A stretch of DNA of 64,000 nucleotides from Obrimoposthia wandeli. Taxonomy: Eukaryota. The stretch is from positions 62,001-126,000 of the forward strand of contig CDROCS010000890.1 of assembly GCA_977020255.1 (NCBI GenBank), given 5' to 3'. Made by a program: the position numbers and the translations under genes. The notes beneath the pieces are model-generated. The model was not told the origin of the DNA, searched no databases, and was given only the letters and a program-made list of their open reading frames with translations. Shown piece after piece: positions 41,860-53,049 of the stretch. Within the stretch, counting starts at the first letter, position 1. Each line of letters opens with the position of its first letter.

Positions 41860-42991
41860 TGTTGTCCTCAGAATCAGAGGAGGTGAGGTCTATAACCTCG
41901 GTTAAGGCAGGAAAATTAGCGTTGGTTACGCGGGGAAAAGAGACGGTCAAACCACATTCTTTTAGCAGTTCTTGTTCTTTATGGAGGAAAATTTCTCGGG
42001 TCCATTGCGTGTCTATGAGGCTAGAGTGGGTATTCTTTTGTATTTCTTTATTGAAATACCACGAAACCATTCGAGCAAGTCCGGCTTGTTCTCTACGGTT
42101 CATTTCCATTTGAATAGTTTGTGTTGCCCCTAGATCAACCGTGTGCGAAAAATCGTTTTTTTGTAATCCTAAAACTTTGAGATCGTTGGATATTCCCGTC
42201 CCTACGAAAATATTGTCTCTTAGCAAGGATTGGACACGTTCTAACACTTCGACAGAATCAGGTTGGTTTCTTAACTTCCGTTCATTAAGGCCCGTTATTC
42301 TTGTCACATAATTCCTGATTCTGTCTCTGCTATTGCATTTCGTATCCAACACGATCTGTCCGCTTCTATTCATTATTGTAATGCTAGCTAGGGTGGGTTG
42401 TTTGTTCATTTTTACTACCATTTCACAATCGACAAAAAATATTTGAGGATTGTTGGGTATGATATTCAAATGGCAGACTTGAACGGGATTAGGTCGCACA
42501 TTTTGCTCCATGAAAAATATGTTATTTCCACCCGAAAAACGAATCATCAAATCGGGAGTTATTTGATGTCTCATTAATCTGTAAGAGTGGTTTTGCAGGA
42601 GAAGGATAGAAAAATGTTTGCTTTTCCTGTGTTTTAAAAATCCACGGCCTTTTGCTACGTGAATCTCAATGTCCGTGCATATTGGTAAGAAATTCATCAA
42701 CTCAAACAGTCTTTTTTCCGTTGGCTTTTTACTATTTATGTTGAGAATTATACTTTGTCTTGGGGTGTCTCTTAACTTAATGCTATTTGGAAGCTGGGTC
42801 TGATTGTCAAAAAGCTTTATTCCGTAATGGTTATGGAAATACCTTGTTCCAAACTGTCTTATTTTTCCATAAAGGAACTTAGCCATTTTCGCCATTTCTG
42901 GACGTTGTTCTGCTAACTGGACCGACTTCTCTCTCTTTCCCCGCGGCACCACCTGCCAGTTCAAATGAGGATTCGTGCTTGTGGGTTCCAT
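41714..42991 (-). CDS. DEDDh 3'-5' exonuclease (REX4/ISG20-like) with an unknown N-terminal domain; retroelement accessory gene
   Basis: ExoI FVDCEMV, IRNYVTRITGL, ExoII VGTGISNDLKVL, ExoIII THSSLIDT. Intact frame. Likely start MEPTS at 42991 directly after a CAG acceptor; the stop lies within the 3' LTR. Confidence 0.85.
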   Translation of the reverse strand: MEPTSTNPHLNWQVVPRGKREKSVQLAEQRPEMAKMAKFLYGKIRQFGTRYFHNHYGIKLFDNQTQLPNSIKLRDTPRQSIILNINSKKPTEKRLFELMNFLPICTDIEIHVAKGRGFLKHRKSKHFSILLLQNHSYRLMRHQITPDLMIRFSGGNNIFFMEQNVRPNPVQVCHLNIIPNNPQIFFVDCEMVVKMNKQPTLASITIMNRSGQIVLDTKCNSRDRIRNYVTRITGLNERKLRNQPDSVEVLERVQSLLRDNIFVGTGISNDLKVLGLQKNDFSHTVDLGATQTIQMEMNRREQAGLARMVSWYFNKEIQKNTHSSLIDTQWTREIFLHKEQELLKECGLTVSFPRVTNANFPALTEVIDLTSSDSEDNMKLHTKTLVLSLVSVCGVYILSPLSQSLYSFSYNHCFSLSKLSSVNVC

Positions 42992-43425
42992 CTGTAGGGT
43001 ATACAGATATAGTAAAAAAAATGTTGATCTTTTACATGCAAATATAAAAATTGTCAACTGTCTATCAAATGAAATGTTCCTGTTAGTTATTTTGTCTCTT
43101 TTTGTTAATCAAAAATCTGTAAATCGTTTTTGTCTTTATGTAACAAGTTTAAACAAACAAGGTATATAAATCAGATATGATTTTTTCATTTTTTAATATA
43201 TATTCTTATTACTGGTGTTATCAATATCAATATATACATATCTATACTGGTATATTCATTTTTTACCTATTCTTAATTTTATTATTACTACAGTATTTCA
43301 ACTAAAGTTAATGAATATTAATACCCATTCATAAACGCATTTCCTCTCCAAAAACATGCCAAAAGCCCAAACTCATTCTCAATTTTCTTTTATTTTATAT
43401 TTTATTTTACTCACTGGGGATTTTA

Positions 43426-43734
43426 CTAATTTTCACACCCGGAATCATCGCTTTCTCCCGGTTGAAATCCCATCAAACGATTAATTACTGATCTCAATGA
43501 TACGAGAGAGTTTAATGCTTCTCTGAGTCGTCGTACTAATAATTCCTGATTTGTTTGGCTATGTTCTAATCTTTCAATTGCAACGTCAAAAGCATTATTC
43601 ATTCGTTCACATTCCATTTCCTTGTCTTTTAAATGCGATCTCAGATTTATATTCTCTATTAACAATTTATTTTCCCATTTTTTCTATCTTTTATATCTTC
43701 TTCTATTATTTTGTACTAATTTTGAATTTCTCAT
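43426..43734 (-). pseudogene. Small basic/coiled-coil accessory ORF (~100 aa, one internal stop)
   Basis: MRNSKLVQNNRRRYKR*KKWENKLLIENINLRSHLKDKEMECERMNN...RRLREALNSL, with heptad character. Confidence 0.5.
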
Positions 43735-43835
43735 TTTCTAAAATGTTAAAAAGTTTTTAAGTCTTATTTTGAGAAAGAGAAAAAAAAATTAAATCTTTTG
43801 ATTTTTACAAATCAGTGTTGTTTTTCTCTTTGTGT

Positions 43836-45045
43836 TTATAGTTCTTGATTACCGTATCTATTGATGTATTGGATGAATTTGTACCACTTGGTATTAGGGA
43901 TGTTATGAGTGGACCTGGTGGTCCATACAGTTTGTTTAAGTGAAATGATTTTTAGTTTTTATTCTTTTAAAAGTTTTTATTTTTATTATTACTTTTATTA
44001 AGATGTTAAACATTTCAATTATTATTGCTATTATTATCTTAAATTCTGTATGATATATGTTTTGTGAATGATTTCGTTGACTAAAAAATATTATATGTTT
44101 TAAGTTCATCGATTTTGATGAATTTATTGTATTTTTTAAAAAGGTTGACTGGTTTTGTATGTTTTCTTTAGAAATGATTGATGATATTTTCTTAAATATT
44201 TTTGTTGTATATTGTGTTAAATATATTTTCATTACTTTTGTTGATTTTAATATAGGTTCTTTTATTTTTATTATTAGCCAACTCCCGCAAAAAAGAGTTG
44301 GTTGAAACATTTTTGATATCTTTTTTCCTATTGTTTCTAAAGTAGTTATGTTTTTGTAAGTATTCAAAATGTGTCCCCAACTTCTATACATCATTGGTTT
44401 ATTTGTGATTACACATTCTCTATATTGTATTATTATTCTCTCTGGATATCTTATATTTTTTATGGTTAAATTTGTTTTAGTTTGTGTTTTTTCTAATTGT
44501 TTTTCTGAGTTTTTCCAAAATTATCATTATGTCCTCTATATCTAATTCTAATGAGGGCTTTATCTAAGTCGTCTATTTTTAGTTGAAATTCCCATTTTAT
44601 CATTATTTTATGTTTTGATATATATTTCGCTGTTGTTTCTAATATTGATGCTAGGTATATGTGAGTTTCTATAGTTCTTTGATAAAGTGTAATGTTTTGT
44701 GTATTTGATTTTATTTTAATTTCATATTGTGTTTCATCTCTTAAGAATGGTATTGTATATTTTCGTGATTTTATTCCTATTATTGTTATGTTTTGTTTTC
44801 TGTCTTTTTGTGTAATTTGTATATTTCCAGTTTTGTTTATAAAGAGCGAGATTTTTAACTTTATAGATGTGATTTCTGGTATTATCGTAATTAAACCAAA
44901 TTTTTTTATAAGATGTGTTGTCGAGTCATGTTTATTTATAACATTTTTTATAGTTAGTTTTTTATCATTTAGTTTGTTAGCATTTGCTCCTTGTACGTTT
45001 TTACTTATGAAGAGATAAATTGCGAATATTATTAAAATTTTTGAA
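43836..45045 (-). pseudogene. Post-integrase predicted type I membrane protein with FN3-like ectodomain (frameshifted)
   Basis: In frame after IN: hydrophobic KILIIFAIYLFISKNVQG|AN (signal-like) and KYTIPFLRDETQYEIKIKS (FN3-like). Frameshift near 44515, hydrophobic KIIIAIIIEMFNILIKVII, short tail after another shift. Confidence 0.5.
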
Positions 45046-45199
45046 AATTCCTTTATTGATATAACTATTGCCTTATTCCATTTAGATTTTTTGTTTTTAA
45101 TATTTTTTCTCTGTATATCTTGTATTGGTAACATTTGTAAAACTGTGTTTTTTGTGTTTGATCTCAAATTATATTTGTGGCTTTTTACTGTTGTATTCT

Positions 45200-46270
45200 C
45201 TTCTGGTACTTGTCGACATCTATTTATGTGTGTTCTTATTTCTTTTGATTTTAGTTCATTGTCGAGTTTAGCTGTTATGTTAGTTCCATTGGTACTAATA
45301 ACTGTATATGGTCCTTTGTATGGTTTTGATAATTTGTGTGATAATCCTACATTGATTTGTGGATTGTGAATCATTATTTTACTTCCGATTTTTATATTTG
45401 ATGGTTTAGTTCTTCTATCATAATATTCTTTGTAATTTTCTTGTATGTTTTTTACAAATAATTTAGCCTTTTCAAATGCTAGTTTTATTCTTTCTCTAAT
45501 TTCTATTTTGTATTCAGGTATTTCTAGGTATTGTGTAGTAGGTTGTAGTAATGTTAGGTCAATAGGCATTTGCGGATCTCTGAGGAACATAAGGTAAAAA
45601 GGTGTTTCTCCTGTAGATGCATGTACTGATGTTCTATATGCAAAAAGGCATGGGGGTATGTGCAAATCCCAATCTGTTTGGTTGTTGTTTGTATATGATG
45701 CCATCATATCTTCGAGGGTTCTATTAAATCTTTCTACTAATCCGTCGGTTTGAGGGTGATATGGTGTTGTATTGATCTTTTTTATGTGAAAGATTTCAGC
45801 TATTGATGCTAATACATTATTTATAAATTCAGGACCTTTGTCGGTTAATAACTTTCGGGGTGCACCGAAAGTAAAAATAATTTTTTCGACTAAAACCTTC
45901 GCGATGGTTTCAGCCTTATGATCATGTGTTGGAAAAGCTTCTGGCCATCTTGTAAAATAATCTGAAAATACTATTATATATCGATTTCCTCGGGGTGTTT
46001 CAGGTAATGGCCCCATTACATCCATGGCAACAGTTTCCATGGGGGCCGATGGATACGGTATTGGTTTTAAAGGTATCTTTGTGGTACGTAAGGTGTTTTT
46101 TCTTTTAAGACATATTTCACAAGTATTACACCAATTTTTACATCTTCTTTCATATCAATCCAATAATATTTTAAATTTAATCTTGAATGTGTCTTTTTTG
46201 TTGACAGATGTCCTCCTAAAGCTCCGTTATGATATTGAAGGAGTAATTGGCATTGTATTTCTTTAGGTAT
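45200..46270 (-). pseudogene. Integrase (HHCC, DDE core, GPY/F)
   Basis: HNGALGGH...WCNTCEIC (restored across two frameshifts near 46140 and 46085), VAMDVMGPL, LLTDKGPEF, GLVERFN, KPYKGPYTV. Confidence 0.93.
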
Positions 46271-48600
46271 AACTAGTGAGTACAGATTTTTATCGTTTAA
46301 ATAATGTAAAATATTGTTACTGAATTTATAGCGAGATTCATGAGTTTTTAAATGTTTTCTTAATTTTTCATCTGTTGGAACTTGATTGATGGTGATATAC
46401 TTAATTATTTGTTGTAATTCCGTATCTTTGCTTTGAAGATCGGTGATTACTTTATCATCATATCGAGCCTTGATTATTGTAAAAATATTTAATTCGGTGT
46501 CATTGGAATTTATTACATTTACTTCTTCTCTTATTCTAGATAGGCAATCTGCATTGGCATTTGATTTACCTTTTCTATATTTAATTTCAATATCATATTT
46601 TTGGAGAATTAACGCCCATCTCATTAATCTAGATGTTGTATCTTTATGTAATGGTCTTTGATCAGTATAAACGTGAACTTTTCGACCTAATAAGTAATGT
46701 TTAAAATGTTCCATTGCGAAACAAATAGCGAGACATTCTCTTTCTATTGTTGAATAATTTATTTCGTGTTTTTTAAGACCTCTGCTTGCGTACGCTATCA
46801 CATGATCTTTTTCATTATTATCCTGTTGTCCTAGTACTGCTCCTAACGCGTATCCACTTGCGTCAGTCATTACTAGAAACGAGTTGTTGAAATTAGGATA
46901 TCTCAATATAGGTTTTTCTATCAATTTTTGTTTTAAGTACTCGTATGACTCTTGTTGTTCCGTTTCCCATTCAAATTTTTCATCCTTTTTAATAAGTTTG
47001 TTTAATGGTGTTGCTATTTGTGCAAAGTTTCTGATAAATCGACGATAATATCCTGCAAGTCCTAAAAATTCTTGTATATTTTTTACTGTTTTTGGAATTG
47101 GAAAATTCTTTATTTTTTCTATATTACTTTCATCTGGTTGAATTCCTTTTGCTGATACTGCGTGACCTAGATAATTCACTTTGTCTTTCATCCATTCACA
47201 CTTTTTTGGTTTTAATTTTAAACCTGCTATTTTTAATCTAAGAAATACATTTTCTAAATCTTTTAAATGTTCTTCAAAATTTTTTGAAAAAATTAGAATA
47301 TCGTCGATATAAACCATGACATGATCGGCGTCCATCAAAATGTGACTCATGCATCTCTGAAATGTTGCTGGAGCACCTGTTAATCCAAAAGGTAAAACGT
47401 TAAATTCGTATAATCCTTCTCCTGTTGAGAATGCTGTTTTTTCTTTATCTGATTCATCTATTTCTATCTGCCAATATCCACTTTGTAAATCTAAGATTGT
47501 AAATATTTTTGCATTTTTTAGTTTATCTAAGATTTCATCGATTCTTGGAAGCGGATATGTGTCTTTATGTGTGATCTCGTTTAATTTTCTGTAATCTACG
47601 CAAAATCTTAGTGAACCATCTTTCTTTTTTATCAAAACAACTGGAGATGTCCATGCTGAAAAACTTCTTCTTATGATTTTATTTTCTAACATTCCTTTTA
47701 CCTGTCTTTGAGCTTCTTCTCTGTAAGCGTATGGGATACGGTAAGGTCGTTGTTTGATTGCTGTATTAATAGTTAACGGGAGGTTATGTTTAATTAAATC
47801 TGTTCGTCCAAGGTCATATTCATTTTTTGCAAAAATTACGTCATATTTTTCCATCAATGATTTTAGTTTTGATTTCTCATAATCATTTAATCTAATATTT
47901 TCAAATTTAACAGTGGAATTGTCTTCTATTTTTTCATTATTAATTAATTCTATATTTTCTATAACACTTATTTTTCCAAGGCGTGTTCCTACTTTTAGAT
48001 GAATCTCGTTTATGTCTCCATTTAGTATTCTGATAGGTATTGTGTTATTTCTTATTTTACAGATTATATTTGGTAGAACGTAATTTAGTGTTTCTTGTTG
48101 ATATTTATAAGGTTCGAATAAGATGTCTTTTTCTGTAACTATGTTAGTTTCTAATTGTAATATTGTTTGTGTTCTAGGTTGAAGGATGATATCTCCTTTT
48201 ATTTCCAATTCGTATTCGCTTTTAGCGTTTGGTCTGTAAATGTCTTTAATTTGATTTTTCTCAAAGTCGAAGTGAAAATTGTTTCCTAATTTCCTCAATG
48301 TATCTATTCCTATTATCATCTGACATGGACAATTTTTCATTATTCTAGTAGGTATTTTTATAAATTTATCTCCTATTTTAAAAATACAATCTAATTTACC
48401 AATAATATTTACGGGTTGACCGTTTGGTGCTGTTATTTGACTGTTATCTGTGAGAAGTAGTAATATTTGGTGTGGTTTTAAGAAATATTCGTCCAAAACT
48501 GTTACGCTTGATCCTGTGTCAATTAAAGCTTTTAATTTATACTCATTAATTTCAACTTTTACATAAGGTCGTCTATCATTATCCATTTGATTTATAGTAT
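46271..48600 (-). CDS. Pol: aspartic protease, reverse transcriptase and RNase H, in frame with upstream env C-terminus
   Basis: RPYVKV...LIDTGSS; RQRPYRIP-like KQRPYRIP; LRFCVDYRKLN; LPFGL; YIDD at 47300-47311; MTDASGYALGAVL; ERECLAI. All within ORF 46067..49555. Confidence 0.95.
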
Positions 48601-48769
48601 ATATTGTTGGTGCAGTTGATTTTTGAACTTTTGTTTCTTCTTTATATTTTTCTAAATCGGGGTATTGTGTAGATTCTGTATTCTCTTTATTTTTATTGTC
48701 TACTATTTTTTGTAAATTTGTTTCTCGCATTTCGTTTGATAATGCGTTTACAGTATTTTGATGATGATT

Positions 48770-50620
48770 AAATATAAGAAATTTTGCCAAAAATGGAAAA
48801 CATCCTAATATTAGTTTCCATGTTAATCCTCCAACTTTATAAATATAGTATGTGGATAAAATTTGACTCAATAGTATTTTAAAGCATATTAGTAGTGCAT
48901 ATATTCCTACAAGTCCAGAAAATGCTTGTCCAAATATTAAAAATTTTCCCCATATTTTTGACATTGTATTTTTTGTAGCTTTTATGTAATGGTTTGGAGA
49001 AAGTAATAAATCATAATCAGGACGGCCAATTCCGTTTGGTACTGATCTTTCAATTATTTGTGTTAAAATTCGTGATCTAATTTGAGGAAATAAAATTTCT
49101 TTTCTTAATTTGTCTATGTCTTCTTGTATGTAAATACCTTTTGTATTGAGTTCATTGTCTGACTTTATTTCTATGTCGTTATTGAGGTCGGTTAATTGTA
49201 ATTTTAATGGTTGAGCGACTATGTCTCTTCTTGGGAGTGATATCCAAATATCCTTTGAGATTTGATAATGAGGTGCCATTATGTTTGAGCAATTCATTTC
49301 CTTTATACTGAATGTATTAAAAAGTATTATTCTGGTGATTGGTTCTACGAATAGTGAATGATTTTTATATGAAATTGGTAATTCTTTAGTGCATTTATTG
49401 TGATTTCTTATATTAACTATTACTTTTTGGCATTGATACGTATATAGTACCTCTCCCATTACTCTTCCGAAAGTACCATCTGGTAACGGTAATAATGGTG
49501 TTATTAATTCTGGATTTGTAGCAATAATTGCTAGTTTTGTTTTCAATACAGTCATTCATTATCGTTTCTTTATAAATTGCTTCTATTGTCATTAATCCTT
49601 TGTGATAAAAATAATCTAATTTATTATTGAAATAATCATAATTTTTTATATCAAATTTTGTTGGTGTAGTTTTTGCATTATAAATTTTTTCTTTACTTAC
49701 ATATATTCCTTTATAATTAGTTGTATAAATAGAGTGTCCACATCGGGATTCCTCTTTCTTTTTAATAAATCGCATACCTGAACCTTGTTCAGTTGACATT
49801 AAAATAGTTGGAGTTGATGTTTTTTGTATTTTTCTAGTTCTATATGTTTTAAGTATATTTTTTGGAATTCGTTGATCTAGCTCTGGATCATCTTTGAATC
49901 TTTGACCTTGAATTATTTGGAAATTTTCTGATTTTAGTAGTATTAATTTACATTGGTCTGTTTTTACCTTATAGTATAAAATTGAAGATCCTGTGTTACA
50001 ATATCCGATATTTGCTGCACAAAAAGGCATAGTCACCATGGTATTTGTAGATGGATCAAATGTTGCTTTAAATGTTCTTAGTTCTACCTCAAAGTTTTTT
50101 ATAACTACTAAACCATTTTGTTTAACTCCCATTACGACGTATGATCCTGTTGTGCATTCTCCGTCAGATTTGATAGTTCCTACCACTGTAATCATTTGTT
50201 GTATTATTTTGTTTTTTATTGCTTTTACTTTTATTTCTCTATCTATTCTCAGTTCGCCTGTTGCAAAAGCATCTTTACAATTTAACGCGTCAACAATTAT
50301 TGGTGTTTTTCCTAATGCTGGCTTAACAATTGAATTATGGCTGTGTTTGCCGCAATATGTTATGAATGTTTCCACATGTACTCTACATTCGAAAACTTCT
50401 GTATTTATGTAATCTGTTTCCTGGTATACATGAAATAACTTGGTGGTTTTAACTTTTACTTCATTTGGATCTGCGTCGGCGCATTGTTGTAAATCCATTA
50501 GTGAATATTTATTTTGTATACTATATTTTGAACAATCATATGCTTCAAGAGCATTTATAGGTTTTATAATATTTGTAATTATACATATCATAAATATTAT
50601 TTGAATTATTTTCCATAAAT
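48770..50620 (-). pseudogene. Envelope glycoprotein, class III fusogen-like (herpes gB/chuvirus G type); one frameshift near 49555
   Basis: Signal-like IIQIIFMICIITNIIKPINA|LEAYDC...YSLMDLQQC, C-rich ectodomain (ECRV...TYCG, GECTTG, FCAANIGYC), GEVLYTYQC...CTKELPI...FVEPITRI, and C-terminal TM FLIFGQAFSGLVGIYALLICFKILL. Confidence 0.75.
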
Positions 50621-50870
50621 TCTGGATGATTTTGTTAAAATTATATGTATTTTTAAGATTTGAATTTTTACTATTTTTTGGTGATTTTCGTTTATTTTTA
50701 TTTTTCGATTTTTTATTTTGTGTTTGAGTGGTTTGATTTATTTTTGTACTTATTTGTGTTCTTTTTTCTAATGTTAGACAACCGTTTCTAAATATTTCTC
50801 CGAATTCGGATTGAGAGTTAGTACTATTTGTGTTTTGCTCATTGTTTTGGTATTGCTGATGTGTTTCTTT

Positions 50871-51562
50871 TTAGCGATTATCTATTTCTTGTTGTCTTAA
50901 TCTCATCAATGCAACCTCCTCTGTTTCCTGATTTATATCAGTGTTTTCAATAGTATGTATTGGGTTTCTGTAAGCATATTGTTGATTTTGATTGTTAAAC
51001 TGTACTGTTTTTTGACTCTGTGGTTGTGGTAGTTGTTGTTTTATTGTTGTGTTACCAAATTGGTTCATCATTGTATTTAGTTTGCTACATTCATCAGTAT
51101 TGTGATTTTTCATATTACAAATTTTACAAAATTTTGTATTAGTATTAAAATATTTAGCTTGATTATTTTGATTATTGAAATTATTATATGGGCTTCTAAA
51201 ATTACTATTTGTTATTTGTCGATTATTTGTTCGTTGTTTATCTGTACAATAGGTGGTTCTGGGATGGCTACTGCTTCCGTTATTTCTGACGAACTATCCG
51301 AGTCAGATGTTTGTGGTGAAGGTAAACTCTCTGTATCTGAGGTTAAAGCTAGGTCCAGATGTTCTGAGAGTGGGGAAGTCTGTGTAAGTAAATCGTTATT
51401 TGTTGTAAAACTGATTTGTGATTTGGGTCTTTGAACTGTTTTTTCACTGGAGTCTGTTCTAACTAATCTTGTTTGAATTCTTCTCCAGTGAAGGCTAGCG
51501 CTACGTTTTTGTTTACTTATTTTGTGTGTCTGTTTTTGTGATAGATCTTTGGGTTTGTGTTA
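50871..51562 (-). pseudogene. Gag remnant with CCHC zinc knuckle; capsid domain apparently missing
   Basis: CKICNMKNHNTDEC (C-x2-C-x4-H-x4-C) at 51087-51128. An upstream Ser/Pro-rich frame joins via a frameshift near 51240. Confidence 0.7.
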
Positions 51563-53035
51563 TTAATAATTTATTTAAAGTTTCACAATCAAATATTGCA
51601 CAAATGAAAAATGCGTACTGCGTACTGAAACTAAAAATATTTCGGAGGAATTCGTAAAAGTTATTTAGTCAATCTCAAAATCAAACTCTCTTATCAATAT
51701 TAAAAACACGCTCTCTGAAAATCTCTGGAGAAAATTTATCTTTCCGAAGTTTTATTTTATTTTGTTTTTTAATTTTTTAGAACAATAACAAGACTCAAAA
51801 ATTTATCTCAACAATCTCTGTCCCTTATCACTTTGAGCACTACCACCGCCAACCAGTATATAGTCTTTATATGATAGCACTCGACGTAACTTGGGAAACA
51901 AGACAATTTGCGACAAAATTTTAAATTTTTTGATCAATTTTATTTTTATACAAAAATATATTTATATGATTATTTTAACTTTTATTATCTTTTTAGTTAT
52001 TTATTTTACTTTTACGCCTCTAATAGATAAATCTACTCCAATTTATAGTTCTCAAAAAATGAATTTCCTACTGGTAAACCGGTTCAAAGGAAAATGTTAA
52101 AATTTTTTCAAAATTTTCTATAACTCTTATGATTAAAATAATCAACACGACTCAAATTATAAAAGAAAATTAGATAACAGGACCCGACTATGTTTCCGGA
52201 AACAAAATTATGTTTTCTCTTACGAGGCTTGTGCGCAAAGCTGCGAATACCTCACTATATTTATTTTATATTATACTTATAATATTAACCAAGGTAATAT
52301 GATATAAAAGTTCTTAAAATTTTACACTAATCGCAAATTTTTCACAAAAAAAAAATTGAATGTTGTTAGCCCTGAAACTGCAAATATCGAAGGCCACAAA
52401 ACCAAAACAATATACCAAAATGGGTAAATGTAATTAACGCAAGGTTAATGGGCAAAGTTGAATGGAAACTTCAATCACTTTTAGTTATTCATATTAAAAA
52501 CATATACTACAAACAGAATATTAAAATGAAATATTTTAGATGTTATTATAATTTAATAATTATTCTGTGTGGAGCTCTATCTTCAACACCAAATTTTAAA
52601 AAGTCAAAGAATTTTAATTAAATGAATATTTGGAAATTTGATAAATTCCCTTTTCAATTTTTTTGTAGATTTTGAAAATTATAATATTAAACGTGATAGT
52701 GATGGAGAAAATTTATTTTAACCAAAGCTTATGTGTTATGAATAATACAGTAAATCAAATTATCTGGAATTAATAGTATCCAAAAGTTAATAGTATAATA
52801 GTATAATTAATATTATAATAGATAATACAGTAAATCAAATTATCTGGAATTAATAGTATCTAGAAGTTAATAGTATAATAGTATAATTAATAGTATAATA
52901 GTAGAAGATTTTAATAATATTTCACAAATAAATATAGAAATAAAGACTAATGTCTTAAAATGATCTTACAATTATCAAAAAATTAAAAATAAAAATAACA
53001 ACTCTTGCCTTTTTTTAAAAGATTCCGTGCTCTTT

Positions 53036-53048
53036 GTCGAGCTCACCA
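53036..53048 (-). promoter_or_regulatory. Primer-binding site
   Basis: TGGTGAGCTCGAC begins 1 nt after the 5' LTR end (TAACA) and is complementary to a tRNA 3' end ...GUCGAGCUCACCA. Confidence 0.75.
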
Positions 53049-53049
53049 A

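Noticed and set aside
41333-41886. ORFs duplicated at 41333/53288 and 41668/53623
   Set aside because: They lie within the LTRs; the duplication reflects LTR identity, not conserved genes.
49413-49555. Programmed ribosomal frameshift between the env and pol ORFs
   Set aside because: The break falls in mid-ectodomain, env-like sequence continues in the next frame, and no slippery heptamer is evident; a mutational lesion is more likely.
44692-51434. Plus-strand hydrophobic ORFs (44692, 45091, 46024, 46443, 49993, 51102)
   Set aside because: Antisense shadows of the A-rich minus-strand polyprotein.
51830-51860. Second PBS-like TGGTAGTGCTC on the minus strand
   Set aside because: No adjacent LTR end or repeat; the site at 53036-53048 fits better.
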